Source of the DNA: Podarcis gaigeae
Taxonomy: Eukaryota
DNA length: 64,000 nt
Assembly (NCBI GenBank): GCA_964106915.2
Contig: OZ066916.1
Reading direction: 5' to 3' (one strand)
The translations under genes were made by a program, and so were the position numbers. This document shows positions 1 to 11,300 of this stretch, one piece after another. Numbering within the stretch: the stretch's first letter is position 1; every line of letters begins with the position of its first letter. The notes below the pieces were generated by a model. The model searched no databases. It was given only the letters and a program-made list of their open reading frames with translations, and was not told the origin of the DNA.

Positions 1-1335
1 GAAGCCAACAACCAACTTCCCTTCCTTGACGTCCTAATCTACAAAAAACCTGATGGCTCCCTAGGACACACTATCTACCAGAAAAAAACACACACCAACC
101 GCTACTTACATGCACAATCACACCACCACCCTGCACAAATAAACTCCGTAGCCAAGACTCTCATCTCCAGAACCAAACGCCTGGCTGACAAAGACCACTT
201 GACAACTGAGTTACAGAATCTCTCAAATGTGTTAATTGCCAATGGATACCAGCAAAACAGGATTACGAAGCTAATCCAAAAGGAAACACCCCCCAAAAAC
301 CAAGACACAGAAGAAAACAATGGCATGGCCCTCCTTCCTTATATCAAGGGCACTACAGATAAAATTAGCAAAATCCTCCATAAACACAATATCAAAACAG
401 CCTTTTGCACCAACCAAAAAATAGCCAATATCCTCAGAAACCCCAAGGATAAAATCCAGTTGGAAAACCAAGGGATCTATGAAATACCCTGCAAAGTCTG
501 CCCAGCCACGTACATTGGACAAACAAACAGACGAATAAATGCACGTATCGCAGAACACAAGAATGCCGTCAAAAAAGAAGAAAAAACTTCCTCTCTTTTC
601 CAACACATGAAAGAAACAGGACACGAAATTAATTTTGCAGATTCCAAATTGCTCTTTAACACGGAACATCACCACAAGAGAATAATCATGGAAGCCATCG
701 AGATAGAGAAACACCCTCACAACATGAACAAGCGTGACGACACATCCCGCTTGCCTGACATCTGGAAATTAGCCCTCCCCACAAAAACTGACACCAGATC
801 CAGAGGCACACAGAACGCCAACACCAATCAACCACACCAGACCCAAACCCAGACCCTCTCCACAGATGAATTACTGACACCATCCAGTAGCCAATCCATG
901 GTGGCACCTCCGGATGCTGCACCCCCCTGCAATCCCTACACAGATCTGGCTGACACAAGCCACAAAACCACAGCTCGCCCCTATACACGAAGCCAAGCCA
1001 AAGCACAACTAAGTGCAATACAGCCATCTTCTCAAGAAAACTCTTCACAAAGTTCAAGAGGTCAAGACACAAAGACTTTAGCAACTAATCCACACCTAAT
1101 GACCCACCTAAGTGGTACTCAGGATATCACTCAAGAAATCACTCAAGGTATCTCTCAAGTAATTAAGGAACAAAAGAAGAAAAGGCACACTAGCCTGGGA
1201 ACTTCCTCTCTGCCCAGAACATTGGAGGCTAGACACCACACCCCCTCTACAGTATTTATAGGAACCCAAACATTGAGATCCCGCTCTGTTCCAGTAACAA
1301 GAAGCCGAAAGCACCAGCCTGAAGATGACGAGTGA
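1..1335 (+). CDS. Penelope RT-GIY-YIG polyprotein (5'-partial)
   Basis: ORF 199..1335 extends in frame to base 1 without stops; conserved PLE RT thumb and GIY-YIG motifs. Confidence 0.88.
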   Translation, partial: EANNQLPFLDVLIYKKPDGSLGHTIYQKKTHTNRYLHAQSHHHPAQINSVAKTLISRTKRLADKDHLTTELQNLSNVLIANGYQQNRITKLIQKETPPKNQDTEENNGMALLPYIKGTTDKISKILHKHNIKTAFCTNQKIANILRNPKDKIQLENQGIYEIPCKVCPATYIGQTNRRINARIAEHKNAVKKEEKTSSLFQHMKETGHEINFADSKLLFNTEHHHKRIIMEAIEIEKHPHNMNKRDDTSRLPDIWKLALPTKTDTRSRGTQNANTNQPHQTQTQTLSTDELLTPSSSQSMVAPPDAAPPCNPYTDLADTSHKTTARPYTRSQAKAQLSAIQPSSQENSSQSSRGQDTKTLATNPHLMTHLSGTQDITQEITQGISQVIKEQKKKRHTSLGTSSLPRTLEARHHTPSTVFIGTQTLRSRSVPVTRSRKHQPEDDE

Positions 1336-1354
1336 GACCTCGTCGAAACGTCGC
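1317..1354 (+). ncRNA. Minimal hammerhead-ribozyme-like motif of the PLE pseudo-LTR
   Basis: CTGAAGA (1319-1325), stem II GACGAG/CTCGTC (1327-1332/1339-1344), then GAAAC-GTC; stem I only ~2 bp. Confidence 0.55.
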
Positions 1355-1389
1355 CTAGACACCCCAACTTTTACACGGGAAGACACCCG

Positions 1390-1509
1390 AGGACACCAAA
1401 ACCTGCATTCCTGTACCCGTGAAAATCTACGAAAGCATATATATATATATATATATATATATGCTTTCGTAGATTTTCACGGGTACAGGAATGCAGGTTT
1501 TGGTGTCCT
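1390..1509. repeat. Perfect 120-bp palindrome: 47-bp arms around (AT)13, an inverted copy of the PLE terminus
   Basis: 1463-1509 is the exact reverse complement of 1390-1436; the centre 1437-1462 is self-complementary. Confidence 0.95.
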
Positions 1510-2300
1510 GAGAAGATGGCTGTATATATAGCAATGCCAAGTGACTATCAAAGGGAAGCATTTAAACTTTAGAAATAAATACATACATTAGGTGACTGAA
1601 AAATCATTCACATATTCTGCATTTTGCACAGAACTATGTCCAAAATGAACGCTACCTTGGCATGTGCTTTATAACAAGTTGAGATTTGAATTTCTTATGC
1701 ACAAGCACCACAAAAAAGGGCAAGAGTGAAGATGCTCACTCTTGTGCAGGTATGCTCATTCAGAGGAAGCAGCATCTTCAAGCACTTCTCAAGCACCGCT
1801 TTTTGCAGTGCTTATGCATATGGCAGGAGGTATTATATTGGGAGCTGAGGTCCTAAGTCATACAGGGTTTTGTGGGTCAAAACTAGCACCAGGGCTGACC
1901 TAGGACATTTTGCTGCTTGAGGCAAAGGACAAGATGCCTCCTGCACAGCCATTCAACATGCAGAAGCCTGCCAGATTGACAGCTACCTCTTTCCTCAATG
2001 ACAGCAATAAGAGAAGCATCCTCCACTACACTCAAGGGCAGCAAGATAGTTTAGAGCAAGTCAAATAGTGAGCACACACAGGGAAGTAAATATATGGGGG
2101 CTCAAAGGAATGCGGGGGGCACTGGGGAGGGGGAAACCTCTGTTGCTGCCATTGCACCAGAGCATCTGCTGCCTGAGATTAGCTGTCTTACTGACTAATG
2201 ACCAACATTCTCAATTGGGTCCAGTGGTTGAGCTCAAATTCACAGGATCAGCTTCCACACAGAAACAATTCCAAATATTGCTATTGCATTATTTTTTTAC

Positions 2301-2356
2301 CTCTCTCTTCGGCAAATTCTTCAGCTTGCAGTTTCAGCATTTCCTGCAGTTCTTTT
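2301..2356 (-). CDS. AK9: AK9 coding exon 18 (KELQEMLKLQAEEFAEER)
   Basis: 56 nt, AG/GT, phase 2 to 1. Confidence 0.75.
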
Positions 2357-5300
2357 CTGCAATTAGTAAATTGTACAGATATTTATGAGAAACTGGTTGA
2401 AAACTCTAGCTCATTCTTCATTAAATATATTCCTGGAACAGGGTACAAACCAATAAATCCTAATATTATTTTATTAATAATATTTGCTAGTTGCTTTTCT
2501 CACAGACTGCACCAAAGAAACTTACATTGAAAGCAATTACGAAGTGCAAAGATAAGAGCTAAAAACACAGCTACTCAGATAAGAGGCCGGAGCAGGACTA
2601 ATAACATAACAAACCAAATTAATATACCCACAAGGCAACAAAATGAAACTTCAGTCCAGTGACGACATACACATTTATCTCCACAAAGGCCTGGACAAAT
2701 AACTGTGATTTTAACTAGTGCCAAAAATTCATCAGGGTTGGAACCTATAGAAGCCTGTAGAAGGAAGACATTCCACAGCCGGGGTGCCTGCATCAAAAAT
2801 ACCCTCTTATACATTGCTGCATAGTCGATAATTGACAAATGTGGCAATGATAAAGAGGAAATCCTTGCTAAATTGTAACATCTGGGCAGGCATATGGGGT
2901 ACAGGTACGGTAAGTCCTAAGCAGTGTAGGGATTTGAATGTTAGAACAAGCACCTTGAATTTATCTCAGTAGCAATCCAGCAGCAATGAACTGCTTCTTC
3001 AGAGACGGTGTAATATGTTATTGGTAGGCTGTCCTGCTTAACAGCCTACTTGCAACTTTTCAAAACAACCCCAAATGCAGCTCCATGGTGTTTCGTTTTT
3101 CAAATATTTACCTTGTTTCTTCTTCCTCTTGTTTCTTCTTTAAAGCTTCGTCTGTTAGCCTTTTTATAATTTTAGCATCAACTTCTGCTTTATTTGCTTG
3201 GTACAGTCTAGTGAGCAATACCTTTCCTGCAATGTAATAGAAAAAGATGCTATGAAATAAGACTTAGAATTTGCATATAGTTTCAAAAATTAAAGAGAAA
3301 TTTCATATATCATGGAAATATCATTGTACAGTTTAGGACAGGTCTGTTTCTGAATGAACTTCTCTCTCTTTAGTGGATTACTTTTGATGCTCTGTAGGCA
3401 ATTAACTCCTTTTCAAAAAGTTAAGAAGTTTAGCTGGCAAGAAAATGGAAAAAATAATAAAGATAAGCTTTTTCTAAATCAGACCTTAATTGATGCTTGC
3501 AGGTGGTTTTCCCCCAAGCTACTTAGGATAGTTCAGTGATTAAAAAAAATGGTAATGGGGCACAGAACCCTGGTTCAGTTCCTGGCAACTCTAGTTAAAA
3601 GGAACTTGACAAGCAGACTGAGAAACACCTCTGCTAGAGACCTTGGGGAACTGCTTCCTGCCAGAGCATACATTGTTTGGCTAGATCAGGGCTGGGGAAT
3701 CTACATATACAAAATCAGAGCCTGCTGGATCAGACCAAGGGTGCATCTAGCCCAGCATATATATCCTACTCAACAATGGTAAGAGTCACATCCATTGCTC
3801 TGTCTGCATTTGCACCTGGCTCCACCCAACACTGGCATGCAGTCTTTAGAAAGTTACTGATAAGTCCATTTGGCTGAAAAAGGTTCCCCACCTTTTGGCT
3901 AGATGAACCTATGATCTGGCCCAGTATAAGGTAGTTTCCCATGTTCATATACTTCCCACCCTGGAGGATTGTTTCAAAAATAGCTTTAATGTTATACATT
4001 CAATTTTAAATATGCACCAACCATTTTGTTCAGCATTCTTCAAGCAAATCACAGTATCCGGTAAAAGTTCTTTTTCTACCAAAGCTGCCCAGTGTTCTGT
4101 CGATGGAGGAAAATTATCCAAGACCCATCCTCCTTTTTCTGCAGCTCCAGGATATCTGTATTTATTTGATTTAGAAAGCTGTAATAAAACACTGACGTTA
4201 ATAACAACAAATAACATTGATGAAGCTATTAGTGAATTGTAGTGTAGTAGTTAGATTGTCGGACTATGGCTGGAGTGACCTAAGTTCATATCTTCATCAT
4301 TTATGAAGTTCTCATGGGTAGCCTTGAGCCTGTCAGTATTTCCCAGCCTAATCTACCCAACAGGTGTGTTGTAAGGGTAAAATGGGACAGCATGTGAATA
4401 CAGTCTTAAGTAATAGAATTCTGATCAAGCATATCAAAACGAGCTCACATATGGTACATTAATGTATTAGAAGGAAGAGAAGGAGGTGCAAAATTGTGCC
4501 AGTTAGTGGTTGCTTCGACACTGGCCCTTTTCCTCCTTACAATTGTCATTCTTTGTTCACTCACTTTCACAGAGAATCCAGATGGTATCGTTGACAAATT
4601 GTTACAGCCAAGTGTTTTCTGTATTCCTCAAATTTGTTCAGTTTTGGTAACAACAAATATTGCAATAAAACCCACTTACAAAGCCAGTCTGTATAGTTAA
4701 AAAGCACTAAAAAGAACAGATTTTGTATTGCTTCCCATCAATCGTAGTTGGGGCATTAAATGGCAAACTCTTAATTATTCCTTGTTTGAATAACCTTTCT
4801 TAATTACCCCAATAATTAAGAAACATGGGGGGGGGGCTTTCAAAACTGATTTCCTCTCATTCCAACTCCTCTGCCTAAAAATGGCAGAGATTTTTATAAT
4901 GTTATTTGCCAATAATTAAAGACTTTGGCCATGGTAGAAACTGACAATGGAGTAGTAAACAGTGCAGTCCTATGCATGTTTATCCAGACATAAGTCCCAC
5001 TCTGTTCAATAAGGCTTTCACTCAGGTAAGTGTGCACAGTGAGCAGTCTAAGAGGAGACTTTCTAGGGGCAAATAAGAGGCAACTCATCACACATCTCCT
5101 GGCCATGGATCAGGAAGCAATAAAATGGGCAGGACTCACAAGCAGGAAACTTTTAATTAATATGGAAAGGTTGTTTTGGGAAGTTTAACATTATGTAGGA
5201 GATCTTGGTCATGAGGAAGCATTTTGCAGGATGGTAATATGTTATATTAAATACTGTGTGCAGTCTCTGTTTCCTGCAAAAGGTGGGGAAGTTGTGAGAT

Positions 5301-8300
5301 TAGACACAAAGGTGCACCAGAATGGTGATGCTCAAATGACTGATGAGAGCGCCTCTGAACATTCATGGGAAAGCATTCATACTCAACAGTATACAAGCAA
5401 CTGGTGTGGTGGGATGATGCCATGGAACTACCCTCTCAACAATAACAGCATTACCGCTGATTACCTAAACAGTGCTGGTGTAGGGCAGGGTGGAGTGGAG
5501 TTTGGGGCTGGGAGGGGGGCACCTGCAGCAGCACCAGATTGGCTCCATTGTTGTGCCTGCATAATCCCAACTTTGCCTCCACCCTGCTCCACTTTGGTAA
5601 TCAGCAGAGATGCTGCTGCTGGGAGGGCAGCTCCTTCCTACCATGCCAGCTGTCCCTGTGTACACAAAGCACCAGCTGTTGGCTTTAAACTACCCTATAT
5701 TCTTAAGTGAATATATTCCAAACCTATATTCAAAATAGAGAATTTGAAAAGAAAGTTCATGAAAATGCACATTATGAGTAACATTTTTTGAAATAACAGC
5801 ACATTTCCTGGTACTTTTACCTCGGTAATTGCTTCTTCTAATGCATCAGCGTATGCTTCTGGTGGTAGCAGTATTGGAGAAAACCTTACAGCTTCAATGG
5901 CTTTCTGTACTATCTCTTGCACCTCTGGATGCTCAGATGTTACCTCTGAAGTCTGGGGCACTGAGGTTTCTGTTAGAAAAATGTAAATGGAAATATGCAG
6001 GTGAACATTAGATTCATTTTGCCAGAAACATTGGTTTGACACTTTATACCTGCCTGTGACTGCATTCCCTGAGGAAATTTCTGCTCAGGTGATGCTCCCT
6101 GTGGCGGTTTCCCATTCCTTGTGATTATGTTTAATGGTTAATGTAGATCAGGGGTCAGTAACCTTTTTCAGCTGTTGGCCGGTCCACCATCCCTCAGACC
6201 AAGGGGTGGGCCACACTATATTTTGAAGAAAAAAAATGAACAAATTCCTATGCCCCAAAGATGCATTTTAAATAAAAGCACACATTCTACTCATGTAAAA
6301 ACACCAGGCAGGCCCCACAAATAACCCAGAGACGCATTTTAAATAAAAGTACACATTCTACTCATGTAAAAACACACTGCTTCCCGGACCGTCCGCAGGC
6401 CAGATTGAGAAGGCGAATGGGCCGCATCCAGCCCCTGGGCCTTAGGTTGCCTACCTCAATGTAGATTGACCAATGAGAAAGCTCAGAGGCGGAGCCTACC
6501 TGGTTTTGAGGCTGAGCCCAGGGGTTTACCATAGAGAGGTAGAGGAGTGAGGGTCAGACAGAGGCAGAAAAAGTTGAACATAGTGGTTGTGACAAAGTGG
6601 GAGACAGGGATAGAACTGAGAGAGAAGAGTATGACAGTGTGAGACATTGCCACATCTGGTTAAGGGCGTGCATTTGAGAAACCATTCTGAACATATTTAA
6701 AATTTGTTTGTTCTTCAATAAACTTTAATCTTCGTTGTTGACTTTACAACCTGACTGAGACTCAGTATTTCACCAGAAGAAACCTGGTTGGTGGCAGCGG
6801 AAGAATAATGCAGTGGTGTACAGGTCAATAGTCCATGAAACAACCGGGGGCTCTGTACGAATGCCACACTCCCACAGGTGGAAAGGGCTGAGGCAGGGAT
6901 CTTTACTTCTGACTTTATAGAATGTCATTAGAATGGCCATCCTCTAGGCATTTCTAGCTACATAGTGAATGTGTAGCAAAGAAAAATGCAGGCAGAAGAG
7001 CTAAATGCTGGGCAAATTAAGTACCTTAAACAAAGGCAGACCTATCAAATTATCATTGATAAATTATAATAAGAATTGCCCAGGCTACCTCAATGGACAC
7101 CCATTTCTTTGGAAAATGCTTCTGATGGTGATGTATGCTCACCACACACACATCTCAATGGTAAAGCACATTAGTGAAACAACTAACTTGGGCTAGTGCA
7201 CAGGCAACAGTCCTCTGGTCCATTTCTGAGCCCAATGCAAGGAACAGAGATATCTCACAGACTGCCTTCTCCTGCATGAATCTGCCCAAATATTATGATC
7301 CTCATTCAATGCCTTTTTCTGGATTGGTAATCTGCAGTGGGACAGGTAGGTCCTGGGTAGGTCTCGCTTCTCATTTGTGATGTCCCACCCTTGCAAAATG
7401 CTCCCCAATGTCAACAGACTCCATTATCTTTTCCAGGTGAATAACTTTTTATTTAACCAGGATTTTAGTTTGTTTTAGCTGTGTAAAATCCAGATAAAAC
7501 GTTTTCCCACCCCACTTCAAATGTGTGCTTTTATTCCTTTTTAAAATTCAATAGTACACAGGTAACTCACAAGTTACGCATACTTAACTAGTGTGCATTC
7601 AGCTTTACAAACTTGGCAAATAAAAATGGGGTGGAAAGTGGGCAGGTGTCTGGGGGAAAAAGACTGGCAATTACACTCACCATTGAACCCAATGTGATTT
7701 GACTCTATACCCAACTTTGGCTTTATGAACTATCCCAAGACGCAGCCCTGGTGTAAGGTAAGAGTTGCCTGTATCATAAACTGCTTTGAGAGGTTGCTTA
7801 TGCTCTACATAAAATAAATAAATAAACCTGTCATCACTAATAAATAAAATGCTATGACTAACAACACTTCCATTTTGAATAGCTAACTATTGCTATGATC
7901 AATAATACCAATTTCTTCTGCAGCCTGGGATGGAGACAACTCTTCCATTTCAGCTTCATCTTCTTCTTTTATGGTACTACTTTCTAGGCATAGAAAGAAA
8001 GGAAAAAAACATGCACACATGTATGTATTCAGTGTTGTGGACAATCTTTTCATTTGTCCCCATTATCTTCTCTCTTACTATGTAAGGACCCTGCCATTGG
8101 CTGCATCCACTAATGTTACAATCAGAACACCATCAAATGGATGCTTGTGAGAGCAGACAGGTGGGCATGTCCAGGGAGAAAAAGGCATAGGTAACCTAAC
8201 CAAGGGGAGGGATTTCAAATGCATATCTAGTAAGCACATCCACCTTTGTGGCAGGATCTAGAATCCATCTAGATTTAAAGCAGTATGTTGAGACTGAGCA

Positions 8301-11300
8301 CAAATGATTCTGGATTAAAAAACACACACACCACTATATTTTTGTGCTACAAATGGTTTGATGTGTGTACACAGCCATAGTTTCAGATTCTGACCTGTTC
8401 TCACAAACCAAGTTACTATAATACCTTTTTGGCTACCAGATGTTGTAACACTATGCTGCACTGAACCAGCGGTAATACCCTCTTCATATTCATCTGGTTC
8501 TTTGTCACTTAAGTCTTGGGCTATCAATGCCGCTGTAAGAGAAAATTAAATACGTATGGAAAAGATCTGTCAAGAAAAGACAACTACATTTTCTATTATA
8601 AAAGGGTACAGCATACATTTTTACAGGGTAGCAGGGCACCAGTCCAAAGGGGACAGAGGAATCACCAGCTTCAAAGCCTTGCTGAGCTCTGCTGGCCTCA
8701 GGTGGTGCTTGTGCATTCCTCCCCCCAATTAAAAAAAGATTGTTCTTCCCAGCTCCAGGAATGGCATACTTCCCCCTGCTATTCTGGGGCCATATTGGGG
8801 AATGGAAGGGTTCTGATTCCAGCAGCCTCCCTCCAACTACCCCTGCAGCACTTTCTTTTTGCCTTCTCCACCATAAGTGGTGGGATAGCATGGCACACTT
8901 ACACGAGAATAGACTTAACTGAACATAGTTTTTTTTTCTGAGTAAGCATGCAGAAGACAGCACTGCAAATGCCTTGGAGTTTGATACTACTTGGATTACA
9001 ATATGATTTAAATATCTGAAATTGCTAACCATACTATTTGCATAACGTGCGCTGCTCTGGTTCTCCAGAAGCGGCTTAGTCATGCTGGCCACATGACCTG
9101 GAATCTGTCTGTGGACAAACATCGGCTTCCTTGGCCTATAGAGCGAGATGAGCACGCAACCCCAGAGTCGTCCACGACTGGACCTAACGGTCAGGGGTCC
9201 CTTTACCTTTACTAGGGTAAACAACCTAGTGTCCTCCAGATGTTCTGTACTATAACTGCCATAATCTCTGACCAATAGCATGCTGGTTGAGGCTGATGTT
9301 TTAGTCTAGAACACCTAGAGAGCACCAGGTTGCCTATCCCTGCTGTAGTAACATCAATGATTGCCTTTCAATGGGAAGGCCTTCCAATATAGCACAAATA
9401 ACTAAACACCTCAAATTTTACATAAAACAACTTCACCTTGCTCCTGGTACAGTCGTTCATTTTCCATTTTTTCTTTCACTTTCTGAATGCCTGCCTGAAT
9501 TGCTTCATAGCGAGTCTGCTCAATGAGCTGTAATCTTGCCTCTTCAAATTGTGCTTTAAGAAGATCCTCCATATCAATGACCTAAATAAAGCCATTGAAA
9601 GTAAAGTATCAGAGGATTGTGTGAGAGAGAAAATTATGCCTGCACAATTTTTCTCAAAACATAGAAAGTGGAAACTTGAAGAGCCCCACCTCCTTATGTC
9701 ACCTGCACCAATTGATGCACCTACTGCCAAGTCTGCTAACGAAAGCTGAAACCTCATAAAATAGAAGTTAACCTTCTTTTGATGTCATTTATTTTCATTG
9801 AAAAATATTTTTCAAGGATCCTTGTTTTTGCTACTGACCTATCCGTCCCTGTACCTTTAAATCTGATATATATCCCCTCACCTTTATGGCAAAGCCTTTT
9901 TTTACTAAACATCTCATTGGGACCCCCCCCCCATTTTTTCTGCAATATCCTTGGAATCTCAAATTGGGCACTTAGGACAGCCCAGCCCACTTACTCTTTG
10001 CACCACCGGGCAGTGTTCAGGCAGAGGGAACTGCTCGTCTGATTGCTGAAACTCTATGGTGCCACCTCTGGAAACACTGAGATGGTGAACTGCAGCTTTC
10101 AGCCCAGCAGGATTAGGTGACTGAAGAAACCAATAAGGACCCAGCTGGCCTTTCATAATTGCTGTGTCTGGCCTGAGTGTCTGGCCTCCATTGGAGCAAC
10201 TCACTGCTTATTGTGTAGGTTGAGATGCAAGCCCTGCCTGAATCTACGTAGCTACCAATCTATCTACCGGCATGAGACCTGGTCTCATACCTTGACTTTT
10301 CTTTATTCAGGATCCTATCTTTGGTTCCTTGTTAGCAAAACCATCACACGACTGGGAGCCTTAATGCAATTTAAATAAAATAATCTATAGACTAAATTAT
10401 TGTCATTTATACACAAGTATTAATTTATACCTACCTTTCCCTGATAATAGTTTGCAATCAAGCCACACAAGGTTGTACGCCCAGATAATGGAGGTCCAAA
10501 TACTACTACTTTACAAGGTGGAAGAGGCATAGGTGGTAGAAGATAGGGACGGGGATTCAGCATAAACTCCTTCAGGGCTTCTTCACTTGAAAGCATATAC
10601 ATCTTACCTAAGAAGCTAAAAAGAAAACAAAATCATGGTACGACAGGCTTAGGATGATTGCACTCACATTAAGGCACACTGGATTCTGGCCTACCCAAGG
10701 GCATAGTCTGTTGATCCCATGATAATTTCCCCTTGTTTTAAAGCCACAGGACATGCTCGTCCCCATCTGCTGCGACGCCATCTGTATCTAGGGGCTACAA
10801 GTTTGTAGGCTGCAAGCACCCGGAACAGTTCATCCTGTATGCCAAAACAAAAGAATTAAAGTGCTACATTTATTTTACAAAGTGATCAAATATCTTCACA
10901 TATTTCCAAAAATTACTGCACTACATTTACATACTACTGATATGTAGCTTTGCCTATGTAGGATACTGCACAATCATAACAAGGGCCATAGGAGTTAAGG
11001 GACATGGAGAGGGAAAACTGTAATTTATTTATTGTAAATATTTATATACTGTGCTATTATGAAAGCATCTCAAGGTAGTTGTATCAAAAATGCAAGAAAA
11101 ATAAAATAAATCTAGCAGTGTTACTTGTTAGCATAAAATTTAACTGAAAAAGAGATGACAAATGACTGGCATCAGTAGCCGGCAAGTTAGGTAGGCCTTC
11201 ATAAACAAGTAGAAACTAAATCATCTTATGCCTTATTTCCATGGGGAGGTTAAAGAAAAGGCTCTCTTCCTGGCCTCCATATGATGAGGTTCTACAGGCT

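Larger units (their letters stand above)
1..1436 (+). mobile_element. Penelope-like retroelement (PLE), 3' part: RT C-terminus, GIY-YIG endonuclease and pseudo-LTR; cut by the window edge; lies in an AK9 intron, antisense to AK9
   Basis: Frame 1 is open from base 1 to TGA at 1333-1335 and has RT motifs LPFLDVLI..GSLGHTIYQKKTHTNRYLH..SHH and LPYIKGTTDKI, plus GIY-YIG motif GIYEIPCKVCPATYIGQT..R..EH..EAIEI; hammerhead-like core near the 3' end. Confidence 0.93.

Noticed and set aside
8505-9281. 258-aa minus-strand ORF
   Set aside because: Runs through a Sauria SINE and AK9 intron sequence; no recognisable domain.
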